This document shows, one piece after another, positions 29,290-39,378 of a DNA stretch of 64,000 nucleotides. Each line of letters begins with the position of its first letter. Position 1 is the first letter of the stretch. The stretch is from Acholeplasma sp. (GTDB taxonomy: Bacteria; Bacillota_I; Bacilli_A; Acholeplasmatales; UBA5453), in assembly GCA_036677365.1 (NCBI GenBank), contig JAVBWN010000003.1, positions 20,678 to 84,677 on the forward strand, given 5' to 3'. A program made the position numbers and the translations under genes. The notes beneath the pieces were generated by a model. That model was not told where the DNA came from, ran no database searches, and was given only the letters and a program-made list of their open reading frames with translations.

Positions 29290-29931
29290 CTAATTCACGT
29301 ATGGACGTTCTTCTTTTTGTTCATCCAAAATAACTTCTTTTTGCTTTTCAACTTCTTTTTGTTTTTCTTTGCCTTGATTGAGTTCAAGTTGGAATTGACG
29401 ATACTTCTTATAACCACCAAAACCATCGACACCTAGGTATCCAGCACCAATCAACGATACGATGAGTAAGAAGATGCCTACAGTTTCATAAGAGAAGTCT
29501 GGTGTGACAGCGATATAAGTACCTAAGGTAATCGCTAGGATGTGAATCCAAAATTTTGGAATTTCTGTTTTTTCACCAAGGAAGACAACCGAGTTCAAGA
29601 ACACCAACGCTCTAGCATAGAAGAAGAAAGCGAGTGAATAACGGTAGACTTCTTTCCATAAATCACTATTATCCATTTGACCGGTTGCAGCGACATATAT
29701 GAGCACACCACCAATGATGGTATCAAAAATGATTTCAATCAAATTGATGGTTCTGAGCACTTCTTTTTTAAGTGTTTTTAATAAAGGAACCACCCTAAAC
29801 AATGAGAAGATGACAATGACCACACCTGTAATCAAGTAGACAACCTCATTGGCAAATACCATATAGATGCCTACCCCAAGTAGGATGGCAGCAAGTACAA
29901 ATTTTAATACCCAACCATAACCATATTTCAT
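29290..29931 (-). CDS. hypothetical membrane protein (about 6 TM, HdeD/DUF308-like)
   Basis: GAGGAGG RBS before MKYGYG, hydrophobic hairpins and a charged tail. Confidence 0.7.
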   Translation of the reverse strand: MKYGYGWVLKFVLAAILLGVGIYMVFANEVVYLITGVVIVIFSLFRVVPLLKTLKKEVLRTINLIEIIFDTIIGGVLIYVAATGQMDNSDLWKEVYRYSLAFFFYARALVFLNSVVFLGEKTEIPKFWIHILAITLGTYIAVTPDFSYETVGIFLLIVSLIGAGYLGVDGFGGYKKYRQFQLELNQGKEKQKEVEKQKEVILDEQKEERPYVN

Positions 29932-30031
29932 GTAATTAAATCCTCCTCTAGTTTCTCTCATTATAGTGCATTCAATCTCATTTATCAACGAGATTAGAAT
30001 GGTTTTAGAAATGAATTAGTAAAAACAAAGA

Positions 30032-30766
30032 CTAACCTATCAATTCTGATAGTTTTTTAATCGGTACTCGGATGTCGAACATCCGATTGTCATAAATGAA
30101 TGCGGTATCCTCTTCAATCTTGATCAACGGATGTAGCTTCTTCAAATACAGGCCAATCTCATATAAGCTGTATTTGTGGTTACTGTTCAGTAAGTAGATG
30201 TCAGGTGGTAAATGCAAGACCACGTGATAGATGGCATTGGCGGTATCTTCTAGGAAAGAGGCTGAAGGGTAAAATCTTGAGGACAGTTTACACACACCAT
30301 GGGCTTTCATTTGCTCATGGATGTAGTGTAACATTTGATTATGATTTTCATCATAACCAATTTGCCAGCCCAACCTTAAAATATAAGCCTTCGGGTTGAT
30401 CGCAACACATGCCTCTTCACAAGCTTTCTTATAAGTACCATAATCATCATTGGGGATCACAGGGTCTGATACGACAAATGGGCCTTTTTGATTATTTCCA
30501 TATACCGATACGGTGGAGGTATAAACAAATGTGATATCGAGCATGCGTGCCAGTTTTGCCAATATTTCTGCCCAAGTCACCGGACCTAAAGCACAGTGGA
30601 TGATGACCCGTGGGTCATGGGACTCGATGAACTTTTGTATGGCAGTTTCATCGTCGATGGAAACCACGCTACGGTCATAAGGTATGATTTCATAGCCTTT
30701 GGCTGTATACACTTTTGCAATCCATGGGGCAACCGTCCCATTCATGCCAGTGATGATGACTTTCAT
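30032..30766 (-). CDS. RmlD-like NAD(P)-dependent SDR
   Basis: ITGMNGTV, ST..VY, YGTYK. Confidence 0.8.
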   Translation of the reverse strand: MKVIITGMNGTVAPWIAKVYTAKGYEIIPYDRSVVSIDDETAIQKFIESHDPRVIIHCALGPVTWAEILAKLARMLDITFVYTSTVSVYGNNQKGPFVVSDPVIPNDDYGTYKKACEEACVAINPKAYILRLGWQIGYDENHNQMLHYIHEQMKAHGVCKLSSRFYPSASFLEDTANAIYHVVLHLPPDIYLLNSNHKYSLYEIGLYLKKLHPLIKIEEDTAFIYDNRMFDIRVPIKKLSELIG

Positions 30767-30845
30767 AACATCACCTCCCCTTACTCATATTATAACGAAT
30801 CGAACTTAAAAAAACAAAAAGCGAAACGATGTTCGCTTGAGGTAG

Positions 30846-31427
30846 TTATGCAGGTAATGGATCATCTTTATTTTGGCGAAACCAGTAGAGTACAGTAGAA
30901 ATCATCAATAGACCATAAAACATGTGTGTTATCGTATATATGACAAAGAATTTTTGCATGAATGCAGTATCAAATGGACTGATGTAGTATACTGCGTATA
31001 AATAGTAACCATAGAATAATATAAGCATGGATTGCATCCAAATGATCAATGCCTTACCTGCTTTGGTATATACCATCAATAAACCCAATAAGGTAATACC
31101 ATGAAAAGCAAATGGTGTAAAAATTAGGATAAGATCGATTGTCATTATGGGTTCGCTAAAATCTAAGTTTTGAAGTATGTCAATCACATTTTGAAAAATA
31201 CCAAGTACACTACTAACCAACAATATCATAAATAAGCTTGGTTTGTGCTCTACGACCAAAATAATCGCAATCCCTAAAGCAACCAACACACCTAATATAT
31301 GATTCAACCCGAAAGTCATGATGTTTTGAATCGATAGACTATATTCCAATCCCCGAAACATATACACACGGTATACAATCGATAATACCAAATAAATCAA
31401 TCCGGCCAACTTCAATATCCATTTCAT
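30846..31427 (-). CDS. hypothetical membrane protein (paralogue of the neighbouring gene)
   Basis: Six TMs, starts MKWILKLAG. Confidence 0.7.
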   Translation of the reverse strand: MKWILKLAGLIYLVLSIVYRVYMFRGLEYSLSIQNIMTFGLNHILGVLVALGIAIILVVEHKPSLFMILLVSSVLGIFQNVIDILQNLDFSEPIMTIDLILIFTPFAFHGITLLGLLMVYTKAGKALIIWMQSMLILFYGYYLYAVYYISPFDTAFMQKFFVIYTITHMFYGLLMISTVLYWFRQNKDDPLPA

Positions 31428-31443
31428 AGGGGCATTTCCTCTC

Positions 31444-32049
31444 TTAATCAAACGAAATATCGCTAGGAGACTTTTGAATGATCGTCTGTTTTGTTTTATC
31501 GTAATAAGTTAATGCAAACACTAATATAATCAAAGCGGAGAATCCATAATAGATGGCGTAGGATAGAAATGTCATTTTCATCGTATAACTTGGGTAATCT
31601 GTGGTTACCAAGATGGACCCAATTAAGAATAGTGCAAAACATATCGTTAACATTTTCGATACGATTAAGGTCAATACACCCCGTTTTTGCTGAATCAGTA
31701 TCAAACCAACCAAAGACACAATGATCAATACGACTGGTATAGTTTCAGTCAGCCAAAACATCCAGTGTAATGATATGCGAAACGTACGATAGGCTAACAA
31801 CTGATATATTCCAGAAAAAAAACCAATGCCGTGACTGATGAGTAATACAACCCATGTAAGCATCTTATGCTCAATCCATAATGCAATCGCTATGGCAATC
31901 GATAGGATCAAACTTAAGCCATTGCTTAGAATAAAATTCACTATCCATGGTGCTGATGCATGTAAAAGTATCATTTCCCATTTGAAAAAGATATTTACCA
32001 TCAGTAATACCAATGAAACAATGCCACCAATCTTCACAAATTTTTTCAT
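31444..32049 (-). CDS. hypothetical membrane protein
   Basis: Six TMs, starts MKKFVKIGG, GGAGG RBS. Confidence 0.7.
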   Translation of the reverse strand: MKKFVKIGGIVSLVLLMVNIFFKWEMILLHASAPWIVNFILSNGLSLILSIAIAIALWIEHKMLTWVVLLISHGIGFFSGIYQLLAYRTFRISLHWMFWLTETIPVVLIIVSLVGLILIQQKRGVLTLIVSKMLTICFALFLIGSILVTTDYPSYTMKMTFLSYAIYYGFSALIILVFALTYYDKTKQTIIQKSPSDISFD

Positions 32050-32234
32050 ACGACCTCCGAAGAATAATTATTATGAATGAAAATAATTAATAATTTATTT
32101 TTTATCGACATAACTGTCTATATTATATCAAATAAATGTGATTAATCAATCATTATTTTGACTCGATCATATCGAAAAAAAAGACTAGGAGATGTCTCCT
32201 AATCTCAGGTTACGAAAAGATGATTTCACACCGT

Positions 32235-32981
32235 TTATTCTTTTGGTTGTTCTGGTTCTTTGGGTTCTTCAAATGTGATTTCAGTATTTGGTGCTTCCAC
32301 CGATTTTGGAAGTTTTGCTTTCTTAACAGGTTTTTCTTCCACAATCACTTCAGGTTCAATGCTGACTTTCTTGTCAAAGATTTCTTTGAAGAACATGATG
32401 TCTACAATCATGATTTCTGCGAAAATGAGTGGCATAATTAAAACGTAACCTAAGGATAGTATCATACCGATGAATGGAACAAGTCTAGCGAAAATGGCGA
32501 TGACTAAGCTGATACCTAGTGGAACAACAGCACCCAATAAACGAAGCATGAACAAATTGACTTTATTGCCATTCATGACTTCAAAAGAAGATTTGAATGC
32601 TTCAGAAGTCGTCATATCTGGTTTTTCAGTGATGATATAAAATAATGGCGCAAGTGAGAATGCAAAGATGATCCCTGGAATGAAGAATAAAGCAAAACCG
32701 GCAGCAATGACCACAATTTGTAGTAATGAAGCAATCAACAATCTGAGGTAACGATCTGCGGTCATATCGACCCCTTTTAAGGTTTCAAACAAATCGGCTT
32801 CCCCTTTTTCTAAGAAGGCTTTGAAGAAAGATACCGACGCAATCATCGCAATCGGTGTGAGCACGGGCACGGCTAGTGATAATATGAGTATCACTGAAAA
32901 TAACAAAAGCTTCACCAAATTCATGAGCCCTTTTTTGAAGACGAGTTTATAAGCCTCGACGTGGTACTGAACAAAATTCAT
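32235..32981 (-). CDS. DUF975-family membrane protein
   Basis: LFFIPGII and EAFKSSFEVMNGNK motifs. Confidence 0.75.
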   Translation of the reverse strand: MNFVQYHVEAYKLVFKKGLMNLVKLLLFSVILILSLAVPVLTPIAMIASVSFFKAFLEKGEADLFETLKGVDMTADRYLRLLIASLLQIVVIAAGFALFFIPGIIFAFSLAPLFYIITEKPDMTTSEAFKSSFEVMNGNKVNLFMLRLLGAVVPLGISLVIAIFARLVPFIGMILSLGYVLIMPLIFAEIMIVDIMFFKEIFDKKVSIEPEVIVEEKPVKKAKLPKSVEAPNTEITFEEPKEPEQPKE

Positions 32982-33235
32982 AAATCCCCTTTCTCCCTCA
33001 AGGGAAACGTCTATCTACTGACGTTTACTTTTCAAGGTCATTATACCCTAAAAACGCATCATTTCAATCAAAAATCGTCAAAATTTGAATATTTATTTCA
33101 ACAGATTGTGCTAAAATAGATGTGGATTTGTGGCGATACACGTATTGGATAGCATGAACTATTTTTTTTGCAACCAAGCGTTGCGTGACAGATCTATTGT
33201 TGGCATATACAATAAAGTTGTTGGAGGGTAAAGAC

Positions 33236-33283
33236 ATGTGGATTACATCAAAAATACAAAACATCGTTGTTATAACGAAATAG
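33236..33283 (+). CDS. putative leader peptide MWITSKIQNIVVITK
   Basis: GGAGG at 33223-33227 precedes the ATG at 33236. The ORF lies in the long leader of the ABC operon and is flanked by complementary segments. Confidence 0.5.
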   Translation: MWITSKIQNIVVITK

Positions 33284-33337
33284 CTTTACCTCAACACAAT
33301 AAGCATCATCAAACCAACACAGTAGGAGAATATAATT

Positions 33338-34342
33338 ATGGAAATCATCAAAGTAGAAAATTTGAAAAAAGAGTTCATCATATATGAAAAAGAACCTGGA
33401 CTCAAAGGCGTCATCAAAAGTTTTTATAACGCGAAAAAGATTGTTAAAAAAGCTGTGGATGACGTATCATTTACGATCCAACAAGGGGAAATTGTTGGAT
33501 ACATCGGACCCAATGGGGCCGGCAAATCGACCACCATCAAGATGCTGACAGGCATTTTAACACCAACCTCTGGTGAAGTTAGAGTCGATGGCATCATCCC
33601 TTATCAAAAACGTACCGTCAATGCGAAAAAGATTGGGGTTGTTTTTGGTCAACGTACACAACTCTGGTGGGATTTACCACTGATTGAATCGTTCACCGTC
33701 TTAAAAGAAATTTATCAAATTAGTGATGCAGATTATAAAGAACGTTTGGCGTATTTTACGGAACTCTTTGGTTTAAATGAGTTCATCAAACAACCGGTGA
33801 GACAACTGTCTTTAGGTCAGCGCATGAAAGCGGACATCGTCGCCTCGTTATTGCACAACCCAAAATTATTATTTCTAGATGAACCAACCATTGGTCTAGA
33901 TGTCATTGCGAAAGAAAACATTCGTAAGACATTGAAAGACATCCATGAGAAGTACCAAACCACCATCATCTTAACTACCCATGACTTGGCTGATATTGAA
34001 GAGTTGTGCGATCGTATCATGATGATTGACCAAGGGAAAATCATTTACGATGGTAGTTTGGAAACCATCAAAGCGAAGTTTGGATCGAAGAAAATCGTTT
34101 GTTTCACTTTAAAGAACGATTCAGACATCGATTTAAAAGTCTTCGAAACCTTGAAACAAAAAGACACCGATTTGACGTGTTCAATTGAGAATAAACAATT
34201 GACCGTCATCTTCAATAAACTCAAAATCAACGTGGGCGACATCATTGGCCCTGTATTGACACAAACCGAAGTACTCGATATCGATATTTCCGATGACCAT
34301 CTCGAAAATATCATCAAAGCGATTTATAAAAACGGTCTATGA
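33338..34342 (+). CDS. ABC exporter ATP-binding protein (drug-resistance-like)
   Basis: GPNGAGKST, FGQRTQLWWDLP, LSLGQRM. Confidence 0.92.
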   Translation: MEIIKVENLKKEFIIYEKEPGLKGVIKSFYNAKKIVKKAVDDVSFTIQQGEIVGYIGPNGAGKSTTIKMLTGILTPTSGEVRVDGIIPYQKRTVNAKKIGVVFGQRTQLWWDLPLIESFTVLKEIYQISDADYKERLAYFTELFGLNEFIKQPVRQLSLGQRMKADIVASLLHNPKLLFLDEPTIGLDVIAKENIRKTLKDIHEKYQTTIILTTHDLADIEELCDRIMMIDQGKIIYDGSLETIKAKFGSKKIVCFTLKNDSDIDLKVFETLKQKDTDLTCSIENKQLTVIFNKLKINVGDIIGPVLTQTEVLDIDISDDHLENIIKAIYKNGL

Positions 34343-35148
34343 TATCCAAGATTAAAAAGTATTTACCGTTCTTTAGAACGAGTGTCATGAACATGTTCAT
34401 CTATCGGGGTACGATTATATTATGGCTTTTATTAGACGTATTCCAATTCTTTATGATGGTCTTTTTATGGATGAGTGTTTATGAATACAACCAATCCATC
34501 CAAGGGTTTACCTTGCATGAAATGTTACTGTATTATTTAATCACCAATTTGTTGTATGTCTTTTCTGATACTGAAGCGATGTATATCATGAGTGAGGAAA
34601 TCAGAGAAGGTAGAATCAGTATGATGCTGATCAAACCGATTTCTTATAAAGCACGTTTATACTCAGAAGTATTTGGACGTGTGATTGGTATATTCTCATT
34701 GACATTACCGATTGTTGGGATCACAGCAGGGGTTTTGTTATGGGCATTTAAAATCCCTTTCCCAATCACAGGGTTACAAGTTTTACTCGCGATTGGATTT
34801 GTCCCTTTGATCTTCATGTTGATGTTTGAATTTACCTATTTCTTTGGTACGATATCCATCCATACCACCAACGTATTTGGTCTAGCGATATTAATGAATG
34901 TGGTCATCCGTATTGTTTCAGGACAACTCATTCCACTGGCATTATACCCAACCGCCATTTTAAACGTGATTGATTATCTCCCTTTCAAATACATCAGTTA
35001 CCCTACATTAGTCATGCTCGGTAAAATATCGACCACAGATGCGTTACAAGGTTTACTGATCTTAGCCATTTGGGTTCTCGTATTCAATCTCTTTTCTAAC
35101 CTCATCTTCAAACTCTCGATGAAGAAAATTGTGGTCTTTGGAGGTTAA
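34339..35148 (+). CDS. ABC-2 family permease (DUF990-like)
   Basis: EIREGRISMMLIKP, 6 TMs. Confidence 0.85.
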   Translation: MISKIKKYLPFFRTSVMNMFIYRGTIILWLLLDVFQFFMMVFLWMSVYEYNQSIQGFTLHEMLLYYLITNLLYVFSDTEAMYIMSEEIREGRISMMLIKPISYKARLYSEVFGRVIGIFSLTLPIVGITAGVLLWAFKIPFPITGLQVLLAIGFVPLIFMLMFEFTYFFGTISIHTTNVFGLAILMNVVIRIVSGQLIPLALYPTAILNVIDYLPFKYISYPTLVMLGKISTTDALQGLLILAIWVLVFNLFSNLIFKLSMKKIVVFGG

Positions 35149-35149
35149 T

Positions 35150-35935
35150 ATGAGACATTTAAAAATTTATGGTATATTCTTTAAACAATACTTAAAAGGG
35201 TTGATGGAATACCGTGTCGATTTCTTGATCGGGATGGTAGGGTTCTTATTTACCCAAGGGGCAGGGTTGTTGTTCTTATACATCATTTTCCAAAACATCC
35301 AAGCTTTGGCTGGGTTCTCATTGGATCAAATCTTATTGATGTATGGGTTATCCTTAATTCCCAAAGGGATTGACCACTTGTTTTTTGACAATATATGGTT
35401 GTTACCAAGGTATGTCAGACAAGGCGGGATGGACAGATACATGTTACGTCCAATCAATGCGTTATATGTATTTCTAATTGAACGCTTTCAACCGGATGCG
35501 TTTGGTGAAATCATTTTAGGTTCATTCTTAGTCATCACGACCTTATCTAATTTGAACTTAGGGCTAGACCCCGTTCAAATCATTGTGATCGTGATTACAT
35601 TATTCATTGGTATATTCATATTTACAGGGCTAAAACTCGCCACAGCATCCACATCGTTCTGGTTGAAAAACAGCTATCCACTCATTCAAGTGACCTATAA
35701 TTTGAGTGACTTTATGAAATACCCAATCACCATATTCCCAAAAGTCATGCAACTCATTTTGACCTACATCATCCCATATGCATTGGTGTCTTATTATCCA
35801 GCGATGTATTTGTTTGGTGCAGTATCGCTCATTGAACTGACACTATATTTACTTTTGGTGACACTCTTCATCATTGGGTTGGGGTTATTTGTTTGGCAAA
35901 AAGGCTTAAAACATTACGAATCCGCAGGTAGTTAG
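35150..35935 (+). CDS. ABC-2 family permease (DUF990-like)
   Basis: MEYRVDF, GGMDRYMLRP, C-terminal YESAGS. Confidence 0.85.
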   Translation: MRHLKIYGIFFKQYLKGLMEYRVDFLIGMVGFLFTQGAGLLFLYIIFQNIQALAGFSLDQILLMYGLSLIPKGIDHLFFDNIWLLPRYVRQGGMDRYMLRPINALYVFLIERFQPDAFGEIILGSFLVITTLSNLNLGLDPVQIIVIVITLFIGIFIFTGLKLATASTSFWLKNSYPLIQVTYNLSDFMKYPITIFPKVMQLILTYIIPYALVSYYPAMYLFGAVSLIELTLYLLLVTLFIIGLGLFVWQKGLKHYESAGS

Positions 35936-35961
35936 AAAAATAAAAACAGATTCCATCATCG

Positions 35962-36032
35962 TGATATGATCCCCTTAAAGTAGACACTACAAATAATTAA
36001 AGTTTGTAGAAGTATACAGAGAGGGGATCATC
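35962..36032. mobile_element. MITE-like inverted-repeat insert (IS3/IS150-like ends) inside a terminator loop
   Basis: TGATATGATCCCCTTAAAGTAGACA ... GTATACAGAGAGGGGATCATC nested inside the AAAAACAGATTCC / GGAACCTGTTTTT stem. Confidence 0.5.
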
Positions 36033-36047
36033 GGAACCTGTTTTTTT

Positions 36048-37100
36048 CTATTCTTTTTTGGAAACAACGATTTGTGGGAATGGAATTTCGATGTTATGCG
36101 CATTCAATATTTCTTTGATGAGCTTGCGCATGCCGCGTTCAACCACGTAATGTTGTTCATTTTCCGTTTTCGCAATCGCCCTTAAGGTGACCTGTGAGGC
36201 ATCTAAAGCGGTGACACCGACCACGGTTGGGTCTTCAACAATTTGCGGGAACATTGTTTTCAATACTTGGAGCTCCTTGTTCAAGATGTCCATCACGGAT
36301 TGAATGTTTTCTTCATAGGCAATGCCAAATTCAACCACAGCCACAGAAATGTTTCTGGAGTAGTTGATCATATTGGTGATTTCACCATTGGCTAAAATCA
36401 TGACATCGCCCTTCCAGTTACGGATACGGGTGGTTTTTAATCCGATGTCAGATACCTGGCCTTTAAAACCTTTGACTTCCACGGTATCACCGACATCAAA
36501 GTGTTGTTCGAAAATGATGAAAAATCCAGCAATCAAGTCATTGATGAATTTTTGAGCACCTAAACCGATGACCAAACCCATGATGCCTAAACCAGCCAAG
36601 GCAGGTACGACATTCACACCCCACATCGCTAAAATAATCAATATGGTGAGTAAACCTACGGTATATCGAATGATGGATAAAGTGACTTTCGCAATCGTTT
36701 TCTTACGTTTTTGGGTCGCCGTGGGTTTGACCCCCACTTTCTTTAAAGCAATCTTCGCGATTCTAACAATCATCATGGAAACGAAGAATACCAAAATTGT
36801 ACCAATTATACGTCCAAGAGAGGCTTCAATATAGGCCAATGTACCGTCTTGTAAATCTTGAATGAGGGTATTGTAGTCAAATGACCAAATCCATAGAATG
36901 AGCAATAAACCACCAGTCATCAGGAAGAAAGATACAATATAGGCGGAAATAATGATGAATTTGTTTAGATTGTCTTCGTGTTTTTTAATCCATTTACCCT
37001 CTATAATAAATAGAAGAATGAGTAAAGCAATGATTCCAACGGTTAGTCCAGCGTTGAGATAAACCGAATTGGATAATAGAATAGTTAACATGATAATCAT
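36048..37100 (-). CDS. MscS-family mechanosensitive channel
   Basis: GLGAQKFINDLIAGFFII, VGDTV, IGLKTTRIR, IEIPFPQ. Confidence 0.92.
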   Translation of the reverse strand: MIIMLTILLSNSVYLNAGLTVGIIALLILLFIIEGKWIKKHEDNLNKFIIISAYIVSFFLMTGGLLLILWIWSFDYNTLIQDLQDGTLAYIEASLGRIIGTILVFFVSMMIVRIAKIALKKVGVKPTATQKRKKTIAKVTLSIIRYTVGLLTILIILAMWGVNVVPALAGLGIMGLVIGLGAQKFINDLIAGFFIIFEQHFDVGDTVEVKGFKGQVSDIGLKTTRIRNWKGDVMILANGEITNMINYSRNISVAVVEFGIAYEENIQSVMDILNKELQVLKTMFPQIVEDPTVVGVTALDASQVTLRAIAKTENEQHYVVERGMRKLIKEILNAHNIEIPFPQIVVSKKE

Positions 37101-37163
37101 CCTTTCTATGAATACTATAACATAGGTTTGGATACAAAACCAATGACAACCCCAGTTGAATTA

Positions 37164-37201
37164 TATTTCGAATTCGAAGCAAATGATTTGATTTCGAAAT
37201 A
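37164..37201. promoter_or_regulatory. palindromic operator pair (MhqR-like) upstream of the FMN reductase gene
   Basis: TATTTCGAATTCGAA and ATTTGATTTCGAAATA. Confidence 0.45.
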
Positions 37202-37241
37202 ATTGAATGATAAAATCGAATCATACGGAGGATATTATTAT

Positions 37242-37778
37242 ATGAATCAATTAAACATCGGCATCATCACAGGTTCAACCAGAGAAGGCAGGGTTTCCCC
37301 ACAAGTAGCTGCATGGGTACTCGATTACGCCAATCAAAAAGGATCAGCAAACTTTGAAGTCATCGACATCAAAGACTACCATTTACCATTTTTAGGGGAA
37401 GGCTTTAATGAAGGCGTGGTAGCATTTCAAAACAAACTCAAACAAATGGATGGGTTCATCTTTGTGGTAGCTGAATACAACCATTCCATCACAGGGGCAT
37501 TGAAGAATGCACTTGACTGGGCAAGAGATGAGTGGCACAACAAGTCTGCTGGCATCGTATCCTACGGGTCTGTCGGTGGCGCAAGAGCAGCAGAACATTT
37601 AAGAGGGATTTTAGGTGAATTGATGGTTGCTGACGTAAGAAGTCATGTATTGCTGTCACTATTTACCGATTTTGATGGACAAACCTTTAAACCCCAAGCC
37701 TTACATCAAACCAACTTAGACGCATTATTGAATCAAGTGGTACTATGGGGCACAGCACTCAAGACCATTAGAAAGTAA
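37242..37778 (+). CDS. NADPH-dependent FMN reductase / azoreductase family
   Basis: GSTREGR, EYNHSITGALKNALDW, SYGSVGGARA. Confidence 0.92.
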   Translation: MNQLNIGIITGSTREGRVSPQVAAWVLDYANQKGSANFEVIDIKDYHLPFLGEGFNEGVVAFQNKLKQMDGFIFVVAEYNHSITGALKNALDWARDEWHNKSAGIVSYGSVGGARAAEHLRGILGELMVADVRSHVLLSLFTDFDGQTFKPQALHQTNLDALLNQVVLWGTALKTIRK

Positions 37779-37857
37779 AACACTACCATTTGGTAGTTTT
37801 TTTTCTATAATGAGATACTATATAGGTTATAATATAAGTAGAATTGGAGGGATTCCA

Positions 37858-39378
37858 ATGACCTTTGACGTAAGAACACTATTTCTAGCGAATATGATCA
37901 TTTATGGTATCAATATCTTCGCCATCGCTCTGCTTTGGCAAAACAACGCAAACCGCTATAAAGGCCTTTTCCAATGGATGATCTCCATTGTTTTGGTGTT
38001 TATCGGTAACCTGCTCATCGTTTTCAGGGGAACCATACCTGATTTCTTTTCAATTTGGTTGGCCAATGTCATCATCATGTTTGCTTTTCAAATCAATGTG
38101 TATGGCTTGGTCCGATTCTTCTTGTTGCGTTATAGAAAGTTTTACCACATACTCTTTGGATTTTTCTATGTAGCTTTATTCAGTTATTTCACCTACATTG
38201 AACCCAACCTCAATGCGAGAAACGGTTTAATTGGCTTATTGGGCCTATTCACTTTTGGTAGTATGTTTATCTATATTCACTTTGATTTATCGGCTTATTT
38301 CAAACGTATTACACGCTCATTCGAACTTGTTCTCATTCTATTCATGATTGGTAATGTCATTCGTATTATTTATGCCATCATTGATCCAACCCACCATGAA
38401 GATATTTTTGCGAATCACCCAAGAGATGTGCTCTCGAATATTTTCGTGACCGTATTCGCCATCATTTTACCACTCGCATTCATCATTCTTGTCAATAAAC
38501 GGACACTCGATGAAGTCGATGTCGAGGAAGCGAAGTTTAAGAGTGCCTTTGAAAACTCGCCAATCATCATGATCATTTCAAGATTATCCTCCGGTGAAAT
38601 TTACGATGTAAATCAAGCCTTCTTAGAGACCTTTGAATTTACCAGAGACCAAGTGATTGGTAAAACCACAGGTCAAATCAAGATTTGGGGTCCCGATAAT
38701 ACCAGAAGATTGGCCTTGTTAAAGCGGATTGAAAACAGAGAAAACATTGAACACCAAGAAATGACATTTTATAAGATGAATGGAGAACCGGTTGAAACCA
38801 TTTATTCGTGTCGTGTCATCCGTATGTTTGGTGATGATTTCTTATTGTCCACGGCCTCGGATACCACTTTATTGGGCAGAGCGAAAAGAGAACTCATTTA
38901 TATCGCCACCCATGACGCTCTCACGGGGTTACTCAATAGACACGAACTCGAGCATTACTTCCAAGAACTTAAAGAAATCTATACCAAAGAATTGAAACCA
39001 TTCTCATTGATTCTAATCGACTTAGACCGCTTTAAAGCAGTCAACGACACGTATGGACACAATGTTGGTGACGATCTTTTGGTTCACATTTCCAAACGTT
39101 TATCACTCATATTTAAAGACCACTTTGTGGCACGACTTGGTGGCGATGAATTCATCATTCTCTTAAAGAATATGAGTCAAGAAACCGAGATCATTAAATT
39201 CATGATTAAAACCAGAAATGAGATTACAAGCATGAAAGCGATTAATGATAAACCAATCGATATTGGCGCATCCATAGGATTCTCCATCTATCCAAAAGAT
39301 GGCTTATACCTAGAAGATTTGGTCCGTCAAGCCGATAAGATGATGTATAAAGAAAAGGATTCGAAACGACGCGTATGA
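37858..39378 (+). CDS. 7TM-PAS-GGDEF diguanylate cyclase
   Basis: N-terminal TMs, a PAS domain (VNQAFLETFEFTRDQVIGK), HDALTGLLNR and RLGGDEF. Confidence 0.9.
   Translation: MTFDVRTLFLANMIIYGINIFAIALLWQNNANRYKGLFQWMISIVLVFIGNLLIVFRGTIPDFFSIWLANVIIMFAFQINVYGLVRFFLLRYRKFYHILFGFFYVALFSYFTYIEPNLNARNGLIGLLGLFTFGSMFIYIHFDLSAYFKRITRSFELVLILFMIGNVIRIIYAIIDPTHHEDIFANHPRDVLSNIFVTVFAIILPLAFIILVNKRTLDEVDVEEAKFKSAFENSPIIMIISRLSSGEIYDVNQAFLETFEFTRDQVIGKTTGQIKIWGPDNTRRLALLKRIENRENIEHQEMTFYKMNGEPVETIYSCRVIRMFGDDFLLSTASDTTLLGRAKRELIYIATHDALTGLLNRHELEHYFQELKEIYTKELKPFSLILIDLDRFKAVNDTYGHNVGDDLLVHISKRLSLIFKDHFVARLGGDEFIILLKNMSQETEIIKFMIKTRNEITSMKAINDKPIDIGASIGFSIYPKDGLYLEDLVRQADKMMYKEKDSKRRV

Noticed and set aside
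32985..33040. Possible c-di-GMP riboswitch upstream of the DUF975 gene
   Set aside because: Two small hairpins are present, but the GEMM consensus elements are not recognisable.
33120..33152. Second uORF MWICGDTRIG with the same ATGTGGATT start as the leader peptide
   Set aside because: It has no RBS and its ATG abuts the probable -10 (TGCTAAAAT), so it is likely not in the transcript.
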